From Gemmatimonadota bacterium (lineage in GTDB: Bacteria > Gemmatimonadota > Gemmatimonadetes > Gemmatimonadales > GWC2-71-9): a stretch of DNA of 32,409 bases. The translations under genes and the position numbers were made by a program. The stretch lies in NCBI GenBank assembly GCA_041484865.1, contig JBGPIJ010000002.1, positions 1 to 32,409 of the forward strand, in the 5' to 3' direction. Shown here in pieces: positions 16,077-24,106 of this stretch. Within the stretch, counting starts at the first letter, position 1, and each line of letters starts with the position of its first letter. The notes beneath the pieces are model-generated. The model saw nothing but the letters and a program-made list of their open reading frames with translations. It searched no databases and had not been told where the DNA came from.

Positions 16077-17735
16077 GTGACGAGCCAGCTGAGCTGCCCC
16101 AGATGCCGCGCCGCGATTCCCCCCGGCTCGGCGTTTTGCCCCTCCTGCGGCAACCCGTCCCCCACGGTCATTTCGAGCGAGCGTGCCGTCGTCTCGAGCT
16201 CGGGCGCGGCCGCCACCCAGGACACCGCGGAGCGGCTGGCGCGCGCCCTCGGCCCGAAGTACCAGGTGCGGCGCCTGGTCGGGCGGGGCGGGTTCGCCGA
16301 GGTGTACGAGCTGTGGGACGCAGACCTGGACCGCCGCCTGGCGTGCAAGGTGCTCCACCCGGAGGTCGCCTGGACGCCCGGGATGATCGCGCGTTTTCGC
16401 CAGGAGGCGAAGTCTCTCGCGCGGCTACAGCACCCCGCCATTCTGCCGATTCACTTCGCCGGCGACGGGGAAGGGCTCGTCTATTACGTGATGCCGTTCA
16501 TCGACGGGGAATCCCTCGCGGAGGCGCTGCGCCGCCGAGGGATGTTCTCGCCCCAGGAGGCGCTCCAGACCGTCGAGCCGATTCTCCAAGCGCTGTCCCA
16601 CGCCCACGCGCGCGGACTCGTGCACCGCGACATCAAGCCCGACAACGTCATGCTCGAAGCGAAGAGCGGCCGCGCGCTCCTCGTGGACTTCGGCATCGCC
16701 AAGCTCCTGGACCCGCGCGCCGACGCCGCGAAAACGTCGACGGGCTTCACGGTGGGGACGGTGCAGTACATGAGCCCCGAGCAGGCGCTCGGTCAGGCCG
16801 ATCTGGACGGGCGCAGCGACCTGTACGCACTGGGGGCGATGCTCTTTCAGATGGTGACGGGAGCACCTCCCTTTGAAGGGAAGTCGAGCCCCGAGATCGT
16901 CGGGAAGCATCTGGCCGATCCGGTGCCGGTTGCGAGCGACATCAACGCGAGGATCCCGCGCTGGCTCTCGGGCGTCATCGTACGCTGTCTTGCCAAAAAG
17001 CCCGCCGACCGATTTCAGAGCGCCGATGAGGTCCTGGCGGCGTTGCACGCTGGCCGGGCCTCCGGCTCGCCCGAGCTCGAGGGGTCTCGAACGGTCGTGC
17101 GGCAGGCCCATACCTCGGCGGGCATCGGCTCGCGGCTCCGGGCGCCGGCGTGGTGGGCGTTCGGTGTAGTGGTCGGCGTCGGCGGACTCTGGTTCATGGC
17201 GCGGGAGGGATACGTCGGGAGATCAGCGTGGGTGCAGAACGCGCTGGTCGAACCGGTCGAGATCCTGCGCAACGGCACGCCGGTCGACACCGTGGCTCCC
17301 AGCGGGATGCAGCGGCTGTACGGCCGGCGGGGCGGGGCGGGCGAGCTGCGGTGGCGATTGCTTCGTCGGGGAAGTCCGCCGCTCGGCGAAGGGATGGAAG
17401 GGGCGCTGCCCGCCCTGGGCCGTCAGGCGGGACGGCGCGTGTCGCAGATAACGGCGCAAGCGGACGGGCAGCGGTTTTTCGCGCCTCTGATCACAAATAC
17501 CACGCCGTCGGACGTGACCGTCGAAGTGAATTCGGGGACCGCGGCCGCCGTTCGCTGCGCCTGCATCGTGCCACGCGGCGCCGTCCGCGTCCACATCGGC
17601 TACTACCGGCTGTACGCCAACTCGGCTGTGGCCGCCTACAATGCGGCGCACCCGTACACGGGCCCCCACGCCGACCGTGTCAACTTCAGCTCGGACGCCG
17701 CGTCAGCGAGCGGTGCGGTGGTACTGACGTATTGA
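16077..17735 (+). CDS. Ser/Thr protein kinase with N-terminal zinc ribbon and C-terminal extracytoplasmic domain
   Basis: CPRC...CPSC ribbon. GRGGFAEVY (P-loop), HRDIKPDNVML, DFGIAK, GTVQYMSPEQ. TM helix WWAFGVVVGVGGLWF. About 190-aa unknown ectodomain. Start uncertain (GTG 16077 versus TTG 16041). Confidence 0.85.
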   Translation: MTSQLSCPRCRAAIPPGSAFCPSCGNPSPTVISSERAVVSSSGAAATQDTAERLARALGPKYQVRRLVGRGGFAEVYELWDADLDRRLACKVLHPEVAWTPGMIARFRQEAKSLARLQHPAILPIHFAGDGEGLVYYVMPFIDGESLAEALRRRGMFSPQEALQTVEPILQALSHAHARGLVHRDIKPDNVMLEAKSGRALLVDFGIAKLLDPRADAAKTSTGFTVGTVQYMSPEQALGQADLDGRSDLYALGAMLFQMVTGAPPFEGKSSPEIVGKHLADPVPVASDINARIPRWLSGVIVRCLAKKPADRFQSADEVLAALHAGRASGSPELEGSRTVVRQAHTSAGIGSRLRAPAWWAFGVVVGVGGLWFMAREGYVGRSAWVQNALVEPVEILRNGTPVDTVAPSGMQRLYGRRGGAGELRWRLLRRGSPPLGEGMEGALPALGRQAGRRVSQITAQADGQRFFAPLITNTTPSDVTVEVNSGTAAAVRCACIVPRGAVRVHIGYYRLYANSAVAAYNAAHPYTGPHADRVNFSSDAASASGAVVLTY

Positions 17736-17761
17736 GTGGTGGTCCTCAGGACTTCGCAGGT

Positions 17762-18253
17762 TTACTTCACGTAGTGCGTGATTCCGTTCATCACATCGTA
17801 GTCCGCGAGGTTCACGTAGATCCAGCGCGCCGCACCCAGCCCGCGCCAGCTCAAGCGCGCGACCCGATGACCGTTCTTCCATTCCCAGCTGCCGCGCGTG
17901 ATGGTGCGCGCGGGCCCGAACTGGCGCGCGAGATCGCGGCGAGTCCGCTCCAGAAGCCTGGCATCGCCCGAGTCGCCGAACGACACCATCGCGATCCTTC
18001 CCTCGATCACGTAGGCGCTGAGGTAGAACCGGACGCTGTCTGAAGAGTCGCGGATCGAAACGCCGCATTCCATGAGCTGCGCGGTATGCACCGAGGTGTT
18101 GCAACGAAGAACGTCATGGTAGGCGAGCGCACGGGCCTGCTCGGCAAAGGCGCGGTATTGCATCCCCGGTGAGAAGCCGCGATAGGTGGGGGGCGGTCCC
18201 TGGAGGAGGCTGAGAACGGAGAACGCGTACAGCAAAGCGGCGGCGCCGATCAT
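17762..18253 (-). CDS. Hypothetical secreted or anchored protein
   Basis: N-terminal hydrophobic segment MIGAAALLYAFSVLSLLQG. High GC3. No known motif. Confidence 0.55.
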   Translation of the reverse strand: MIGAAALLYAFSVLSLLQGPPPTYRGFSPGMQYRAFAEQARALAYHDVLRCNTSVHTAQLMECGVSIRDSSDSVRFYLSAYVIEGRIAMVSFGDSGDARLLERTRRDLARQFGPARTITRGSWEWKNGHRVARLSWRGLGAARWIYVNLADYDVMNGITHYVK

Positions 18254-18259
18254 GGGACA

Positions 18260-18265
18260 AATATA
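18260..18265 (-). promoter_or_regulatory. -10 box (TATATT on the minus strand) exactly 6 nt upstream of ATG 18253: leaderless-mRNA geometry
   Basis: Minus strand reads TATATT-tgtccc-ATG. Confidence 0.35.
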
Positions 18266-18267
18266 AG

Positions 18268-18305
18268 GGCGAAAACGAAACGGGCCCGGTTTTCGGGCCC
18301 GTTTC
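18268..18305 (-). terminator. Intrinsic terminator of the cold-shock gene
   Basis: Minus strand: GAAACGGGCCCG, loop AAAAC, CGGGCCCGTTTC (12-bp stem), then GTTTTCG. Confidence 0.8.
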
Positions 18306-18322
18306 TCGAGCGGGAGGGAGAG

Positions 18323-18523
18323 TTAGACCTTGCGAACGTTCTGCGCCTGCAATCCCTTGGGACCCTGGGCGACTTCGAACTCGACGCTATCGCCCTCGGC
18401 GAGGCTGCGGAAGCCTTCGGCCTGGATCGCCGTGAAGTGGACGAACACGTCTGGACCCGACTCCTGCGCGATAAAGCCAAAGCCCTTCGCGTCGTTGAAC
18501 CACTTCACCTTACCCTTAGCCAT
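18323..18523 (-). CDS. Cold-shock protein (CspA family)
   Basis: [18 protein letters not shown] (RNP1) ... VFVHF (RNP2). 66 aa. Confidence 0.95.
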   Translation of the reverse strand: MAKGKVKWFNDAKGFGFIAQESGPDVFVHFTAIQAEGFRSLAEGDSVEFEVAQGPKGLQAQNVRKV

Positions 18524-18835
18524 ATCTGTTCAAACCTCTGACCTGAGGGGCACTGCCCCGGAAAAGAACGGCTCTGATCACCGCGACCAGAGACGGGCTC
18601 AAACAAAAACCGCGAGACAGATGGTCCTCGCGGTGCGCAGACAAACCGGTGACGGTGCCACGTATTGCTTGAACCGGGGGCAAAGGTACGGGTCAGTTGT
18701 GGAGGTGTCAATGGCGTCGCCGGTCCTGTAACCCTTCACGTAGACGATGCTTGCGCGTTGCTGCAGGGGCGGCAACGGGGATTCCCCTAAGTTTGTTATC
18801 GACACTGTTTGGACACTAACGCGTCGCTGATATCA

Positions 18836-19351
18836 TCAGCGATTGGGCAGCCCGATCGCGGCCCGATAGTCTCGCAACGCTGCCTCATATGCCTTGATCC
18901 TGACGAACAACAGGCCGGCCGTGCTCGTGGGCTGCTTCGTCCCGCCGGCCTCGCAGCTCGGTATGAATCGCGCCAGACTGTCGATCTGCGCGGTCAAGCG
19001 GCGCGCCTTGATCCCCGTCGAGTCACTGTACACCGTTGGGACCATCCGGGCCCGGCCCCTCGCCAGGAACCCCCCAGCGGCTCCGCACAACCCGGAGAGC
19101 CGCTGTCCCGCCTGCCGCAGGCGGCCGGCGTCACGGCCGGCGCCCGCGACATGATCGAGTCCGTCCTTGAGTTGGGCTATCCCCCGGCCGACGGTCCTCA
19201 GCCCCTGGCGATACCGCAGTTGTCCGGGAGACTCGGAGGGGGCAATGGGCGTGGACTCGACCCGCGCCAACTCGGGGGCGGCGGGCGCCTCTTGTTGCGC
19301 GACGGCCCCCCTGGCCAGCAAGAGCGAGAGCACCACAACCGATCCACGCAT
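18836..19351 (-). CDS. Hypothetical secreted protein
   Basis: Signal MRGSVVVLSLLLARGAVAQQ. GAGGAG RBS 5 nt upstream of the ATG. Two conserved Cys. Distant similarity to the product of 20024..20473. Confidence 0.6.
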   Translation of the reverse strand: MRGSVVVLSLLLARGAVAQQEAPAAPELARVESTPIAPSESPGQLRYRQGLRTVGRGIAQLKDGLDHVAGAGRDAGRLRQAGQRLSGLCGAAGGFLARGRARMVPTVYSDSTGIKARRLTAQIDSLARFIPSCEAGGTKQPTSTAGLLFVRIKAYEAALRDYRAAIGLPNR

Positions 19352-19385
19352 GAACGCTCCTCTGTCTGTTGTTTCTGCTCTGGGT

Positions 19386-19391
19386 TATAAT
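19386..19391 (+). promoter_or_regulatory. Consensus -10 box TATAAT 6 nt upstream of ATG 19398 (leaderless geometry); palindromic TTATAA core shared with the divergent gene
   Basis: Plus strand reads TATAAT-ccccca-ATG. Only 46 nt separate the divergent start codons. Confidence 0.4.
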
Positions 19392-19397
19392 CCCCCA

Positions 19398-20018
19398 ATG
19401 ACCGTTCCCGCAACCTCGCGTTACATGCGCACGTTCGAGGATCGTGCCGACGCGCTGGCGCATTTCTTCCTGCGGGCCGGCGCCGCGCCGCGCTTGGTCG
19501 CCTACGACGACGTCCTGGGCTGTCCCCTCGATCAAGGCTTGGCCGCCATGGAGTGGACCGCGGCGGTCGGGATCCTCGCTGAAGGCGACTTGATTCACGC
19601 GGCTCGGCTCGGGACCGACGCTGCGGCCGTCGTCGTGGAGCGCAAGGAAGGCGACGAGCGCGTGTTCATCTATTTCGGTCCGCGCATGGATGCCCCCCCT
19701 GCGGATCCCTACGAGGGCACCCTGCTGTACGATCAGCCGGGCGTTCGGGCCTATATCTTCGCGCAGCGCGTTCACGCCATCGCGCATTTCCTGCGCGCCA
19801 CCCTCGGCGCGGGAGCGGTCCTGTCTCTGCTGGGACGCCGCGCGCCCGAGTTGCGGCACATCCGCCGCTGGCTGCGTGCCCTCTTCAGTGAGCCCGCGGA
19901 AAGTCGATCCACCCAGATGCTCGGCGGCTGGTTCTCTGCCGGAGGCGCTGGATGTCTCTTCCTTCCCCCTCATCCCGATGAGCCCTATCGCTACGACGAA
20001 GTCGGCATAGACGCCTGA
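19398..20018 (+). CDS. Hypothetical cytoplasmic protein
   Basis: ATG 19398 is the first start that does not overlap the divergent gene. High GC3. No known motif. Confidence 0.6.
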   Translation: MTVPATSRYMRTFEDRADALAHFFLRAGAAPRLVAYDDVLGCPLDQGLAAMEWTAAVGILAEGDLIHAARLGTDAAAVVVERKEGDERVFIYFGPRMDAPPADPYEGTLLYDQPGVRAYIFAQRVHAIAHFLRATLGAGAVLSLLGRRAPELRHIRRWLRALFSEPAESRSTQMLGGWFSAGGAGCLFLPPHPDEPYRYDEVGIDA

Positions 20019-20023
20019 ACTTC

Positions 20024-20473
20024 TTGTACCCGCTGGCAGCGCTCTGGGTGGGATCGATTACCCAAGGACCGGATTCCGGCACTCGAGCCCGCTCCGCGGC
20101 GGCGATCGCCGCATTCGATGACTCATTGACGGCGTTGGAGGCGGTCGCCGCCGGTTTCCAATCGGATCTCGCAAGCGCTTCCGCCGAACTCGTCGCCTCC
20201 CGCGCCGAGCGCCTGCGTCGCCGCTGCGTCGGGGCGGAAGGTGCATCCGACTCGCTGTTGGCTCTACTCGCGCCCGCTGCCGCACTGCGCCGCGAGCTCG
20301 TGAGCCTCCGCGTCGCGCTCGCTCGATGTGACGCCCAATTCGTGACGACGCGAGCCCAGCCCGCCGATTCGGTGAAGGCGTGGGCTCCGTATCGCCTCGC
20401 TCGACTGGGGGAAGCGGTGCGTCGCTATCGGCTCTCCGCCGGCGTTCTCATACACGGGAACGGGATCAAGTAA
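20024..20473 (+). CDS. Hypothetical protein (possible distant paralog of 18836..19351)
   Basis: ORF with moderately high GC3. The only starts are TTG 20024 or GTG 20048. Shares the pattern C-x-GA-x-G ... C-[DE]-A ... KA[WY] ... R-x-YR with the 18836 product. Confidence 0.45.
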   Translation: MYPLAALWVGSITQGPDSGTRARSAAAIAAFDDSLTALEAVAAGFQSDLASASAELVASRAERLRRRCVGAEGASDSLLALLAPAAALRRELVSLRVALARCDAQFVTTRAQPADSVKAWAPYRLARLGEAVRRYRLSAGVLIHGNGIK

Positions 20474-20607
20474 TGTTGGAACGTGCAGGACTGTGGATTC
20501 ACAACTCCACATTCGTGTGGACTGCGTCGCAACGGTCAGTGTGGGCACGCGTTAGGCTCCACATGCGATGCACATTGAAGTGAGCTAACCCGAAGAAACG
20601 TCGGCAC

Positions 20608-20635
20608 TTGCGGCATTACTCAGCGCCCCTATATT
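20608..20635 (+). promoter_or_regulatory. Sigma-70-like promoter candidate in the ORF-free gap
   Basis: TTGCGG (20608-20613), 16-nt spacer, TATATT (20630-20635). Confidence 0.3.
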
Positions 20636-20642
20636 CTTCCCC

Positions 20643-21064
20643 ACGCGCCTTGCAGGGAAGGGTTGAGACCTCGCGTCTTAACTACGCCTCTAAGGCGAGT
20701 CCGAGCGGAAATTCCGGGGAGGCCGCCGATGCAAACAAGGGCTCAGGCGGCCCGCGATCCGGGAGCTGCTCTCCGGCTCGGATAGATAGGGCCAGTCGCG
20801 TGCCTTATCCTCGCCGACGCGGTGCCTCGGCGTGCAGTGCGGAAGGTCGGTCCGCGACCCGATCTGACCCGTAGCACCCGTACTGGTGAACCTTGCGGCC
20901 CGGCCAGGCTGCTTGGGGATGGAAGCCGGAGCTCCCGATCACCCTACCGAGCGACGCATCAGTCAACCGGCGGTGGCGGGATGAAGAACGGAGGGAGCAA
21001 TCCCCTGGCTCCGGGTAGCCGGTACGCAGAGCCCCCGAGCGGCCTATCGCGCCGTCTCGGGGGC
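20643..21064 (+). ncRNA. Candidate structured non-coding RNA of unknown class (about 420 nt; 5' end inferred only)
   Basis: No credible ORF: third-codon positions are about 40% A/T, against about 10-20% in flanking genes. Promoter-like element upstream. Strong plus-strand-only intrinsic terminator at the 3' end. Multiple local helices, including a GNRA-capped hairpin. Confidence 0.35.
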
Positions 21065-21077
21065 TTTGGTTTTCTTC
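21031..21077 (+). terminator. Strong rho-independent terminator oriented on the plus strand
   Basis: GCCCCCGAGCGGC (21031-21043), loop CTATCGC, GCCG-t-CTCGGGGGC (21051-21064), then TTTGGTTTTCTTC. The minus-strand version lacks a U-tract. Confidence 0.75.
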
Positions 21078-22939
21078 TAGAGCTCCACCTGCGCCCCAAC
21101 CTCGAAGATTTGATCCGCCGGGATTCGAAAGAACGCCGTAGCGCGAAGCGCGTTGCGCGACATGACGGCGAACAGCTTCTCCCGCCAGAGGGGCATCCCC
21201 GGGCGATCCGTCGCAATCACCGTCTCCCGCCCGAGAAAGAACGTAGTGGCGGCGAGCTGGAACCGGAGCCCGTGTTGCTCGCAAAGCGCCAGCGTCTCGA
21301 GGACATCGGGGTCCTGCATGAACCCGTAGTGTGCGGTCACGCGGTGAAAGCCGTCCTGAAGGTGCGTGACGCGCACGCGTTCTTCCGCCGGGACGTGGGG
21401 CACTTCCTCGGTCATGATCGTGAGCAAGACCACTTCCTCGTGCAGCACCTTGTTGTGCGCCAGGTTGTGGACGAGCGCCGGCGGTATGCCGCCGGGCGTG
21501 CCGGTGAGAAAGATGGCGATCCCCGGCACGCGAATCGGCGGCTCCGCTCGGAGATCGTCGAGCAACAGGTCGAGCGGCACGGTCTTCTCGAGCAAGCGCT
21601 GTACGAGGACTTCTCGTCCTCGCTTCCACGTGCTCATCAAGGTGAGTGCCCCGGCCGCGAGGACGAGCGGGAACCAGCCGCCGTGCGGAATCTTGAACGC
21701 GTTCGCGATCAGGAAGGCCAGATCGAAGCTGAGAAAGAACAAGGCCATCGCTCCGGCCTTGAGCCGGTCCCATCCCCACACTTCCCGCGTCAAGATGTAG
21801 AGGAGAATAGTGGTGATCACCATGGTGCTCGTCACCGCGATGCCGTACGCTCCTGCCATGTGGCTGGACGAGCGGAATCCCACGACCAGCGCCACGGTGC
21901 AGAGCATCAGCGCCCAATTGATCGCGGGCACGTAGATCTGGCCGATCGCGGCCGATGACGTGTGCTCGATGCGGACCCGTGGGCTGAACCCGAGCTGCAC
22001 GGCCTGGCGGGCCAGCGAAAACGCGCCCGAAATCACTGCCTGTGACGCGATGATCGTCGCCGCGGTGGCGAGCACGATGAGCGGATACAGCGCCCAGGGC
22101 GGGGCCAGCCGGTAGAACGGGTTCTCAACCGCTTCGGGCGTGTGGAGCAGCAACGCGCCCTGGCCGAAGTAATTGAGCAGCAACGCCGGGAGGACCATGG
22201 AGAACCAGGCCTTGCGAATGGGGCGCGCACCGAAATGGCCCATATCGGCGTACAGCGCTTCCCCCCCCGTCACGACGAGGAACACGCTCCCGAGCACGAC
22301 GAACCCGTGGAGCCCATTGTGCCGGAAGAAATCGAACCCGTGAAGCGGGTTGATCGCGGCGAGCACGCCCGGCTCACGGCCCAATCGGACGAGGCCGAGC
22401 AGCGCGATGACGAGGAACCAGATGAGCATCACCGGGCCGAAGACCGCGCCGATGCTTGCGGTTCCGCGCTGCTGAAAAAGAAACAGCCCGATGAGCAATA
22501 TGACCGTAATCGGGACCACGTAGGGCTCGAACACCGGGGTCGCGACTTGCAGCCCCTCGATTGCGCTGGTGACCGAGATCGCCGGAGTGATGACTCCATC
22601 ACCATAGAGGAGCGCGGCGCCGAACAGCCCCAGCGTCACAACGAGGGTGCGAGCCCGCTTCGGCTGGCCGGGCCGTCCCCGAAGGATCAGCGCCATGAGC
22701 GCGAGGATGCCGCCCTCGCCATGGTTGTCCGCGCGGAGCACGACGGCGAGGTACTTCACCGAGATGACAAGGGCCAGCGACCAGAAGATCAGCGAGAGCA
22801 CGCCGAGCACGTTCTCTCGCGTCGCGGCCACGGCGTGCGGTCCCTGGAAGCACTCGCGGAGGGCGTACAGCGGACTGGTCCCGATGTCCCCGTACACCAC
22901 ACCGAGGGCGGTCAGCGAGAGTACCGAGACGCGTCTCAT
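21077..22939 (-). CDS. kup: KUP/HAK/KT family potassium transporter
   Basis: LGVVYGDIGTSPLYALREC N-terminal signature. About 12 TM segments. Cytoplasmic C-terminal domain. 620 aa. Confidence 0.92.
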   Translation of the reverse strand: MRRVSVLSLTALGVVYGDIGTSPLYALRECFQGPHAVAATRENVLGVLSLIFWSLALVISVKYLAVVLRADNHGEGGILALMALILRGRPGQPKRARTLVVTLGLFGAALLYGDGVITPAISVTSAIEGLQVATPVFEPYVVPITVILLIGLFLFQQRGTASIGAVFGPVMLIWFLVIALLGLVRLGREPGVLAAINPLHGFDFFRHNGLHGFVVLGSVFLVVTGGEALYADMGHFGARPIRKAWFSMVLPALLLNYFGQGALLLHTPEAVENPFYRLAPPWALYPLIVLATAATIIASQAVISGAFSLARQAVQLGFSPRVRIEHTSSAAIGQIYVPAINWALMLCTVALVVGFRSSSHMAGAYGIAVTSTMVITTILLYILTREVWGWDRLKAGAMALFFLSFDLAFLIANAFKIPHGGWFPLVLAAGALTLMSTWKRGREVLVQRLLEKTVPLDLLLDDLRAEPPIRVPGIAIFLTGTPGGIPPALVHNLAHNKVLHEEVVLLTIMTEEVPHVPAEERVRVTHLQDGFHRVTAHYGFMQDPDVLETLALCEQHGLRFQLAATTFFLGRETVIATDRPGMPLWREKLFAVMSRNALRATAFFRIPADQIFEVGAQVEL

Positions 22940-23086
22940 CTCATCCGTTCAGGTTGGATTCCCACGGACCGCACGTTGCAGGTCATGTCGCACCCCAAGA
23001 TCGCTGGGAGCGCGGCACCGGCGAAGATCACCACTTCGGTAGGCATACGTCCATGGGGGAAACAAGCGATGGGCCACCTGCGTCCG

Positions 23087-24106
23087 CTAGGTTGGGATGC
23101 CTCCCTCCCGCTTGAGTTGTGCGTATCCCATCCCTTTGAGGATCGTCACGCGCCTCGACATCGGTGGGTGGGTGGCCATCATGTCCGCGAACCATCCTTC
23201 GTGGGAAGTGAGGCGCCGGCCGAGCGGGTCGGCGATGCACATGTGGGCCGCGCCGCCGGTGATGTGGGTGGTAGGGACCGCCGCCGCCTCGATCTTCTGC
23301 AAAGCGCTGGCGAGCGCGAGGGGATTGCGCGTGAACTGCGCGCCCATGGCGTCCGCGAGGTACTCGCGGTCGCGGCTCACGGCGAGCGCGAGCAGCTGTG
23401 TGATGATCGGCGCGAGCACCCAGGATAGGAGCCACACGACGAGCAGGACGGGTACCAGCGGGCCGAGGTCGCTTTTCTTCGAGTCACGGCTGCTCGAGCC
23501 CCGCCCCGAGAAGAACAGCCGGCTCGTTCCGTCCCGCATCAGCACGATGGCCCCGACCAGCGCGGCCAGCGTCGTCATCAGCCGGACGTCGAGGTTCTTG
23601 ACGTGGCCCAGCTCGTGGCCGATCACGGCCTGCAGCTCATCGCGCGTGCACAGGTCGAGCAATCCTTGCGTCACGGCGACGTGGGCATGGAGGGGATCGG
23701 TGCCCGTCGCGAAGGCGTTCGGGTCGTCGTCGGGGACGATCCAGATGCGCGGCCGCGGAACGCCTGCCGCGATCGCCATTTCCTCGACGACGTTGACGAG
23801 CTGCTTCTCCTTGTCGTCCGCCGGGGTGATGATCTCGGTCGCTCCGGTGGCCCACAGCACCTTGTCGGCCCCGGTGCGGTACGCGTAGGCGGCGAGTGCT
23901 GCGCCCACCGCCAGCATGACGAACCCGAACCACCATACGTGATGCTGCGCCTCCGGCGGCCGGTATGCCGTGTAGAGCGAATAGATGTAGTCCCCGCCGA
24001 AGCCGAGCCACGCCAAGAAGAGCACGAAGCAGACCAGCAGCCAGCCGGTGCGGCGCCGGTTCAGCTCCTGCTGTTGAAAGAGATTGAGCGGCGCGTCGCC
24101 GTTCAC
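23087..24106 (-). CDS. M48 family zinc metallopeptidase (HtpX-like, membrane)
   Basis: HELGHVKNLD (HExxH). Four TM segments. The ATG overlaps the lemA stop (ATGA). Confidence 0.85.
   Translation of the reverse strand: MNGDAPLNLFQQQELNRRRTGWLLVCFVLFLAWLGFGGDYIYSLYTAYRPPEAQHHVWWFGFVMLAVGAALAAYAYRTGADKVLWATGATEIITPADDKEKQLVNVVEEMAIAAGVPRPRIWIVPDDDPNAFATGTDPLHAHVAVTQGLLDLCTRDELQAVIGHELGHVKNLDVRLMTTLAALVGAIVLMRDGTSRLFFSGRGSSSRDSKKSDLGPLVPVLLVVWLLSWVLAPIITQLLALAVSRDREYLADAMGAQFTRNPLALASALQKIEAAAVPTTHITGGAAHMCIADPLGRRLTSHEGWFADMMATHPPMSRRVTILKGMGYAQLKREGGIPT

Noticed and set aside
20608-20874. 88-aa ORF (TTG start) inside the ORF-free gap
   Set aside because: About 40% A/T at third codon positions, no RBS, and a low-complexity product. 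It is treated as non-coding and as part of the candidate RNA locus.
20474-21077. Identity of the gap as tmRNA, RNase P RNA, SRP RNA, 6S RNA or a tRNA
   Set aside because: TGGATTCACA near 20494 and GCAAAC near 20731 faintly recall the tmRNA 5' region and resume codon. But there is no T-arm (GGTTCGAATCC-like), no 3' CCA-acceptor pairing, and no tag ending in Ala-Ala-stop. The RNase P P4 strings and the GGUAAGAGCGCACC element are absent. The class remains unknown.
22940-23086. Possible c-di-AMP (ydaO/kimA-type) riboswitch in the 147-nt kup leader
   Set aside because: Potassium transporters are classic targets, and the leader contains UUGGGGUG and GGGAAUCC-like strings. But the order and spacing do not match my recollection of the pseudo-symmetric ydaO consensus. 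It needs cmscan before any claim.
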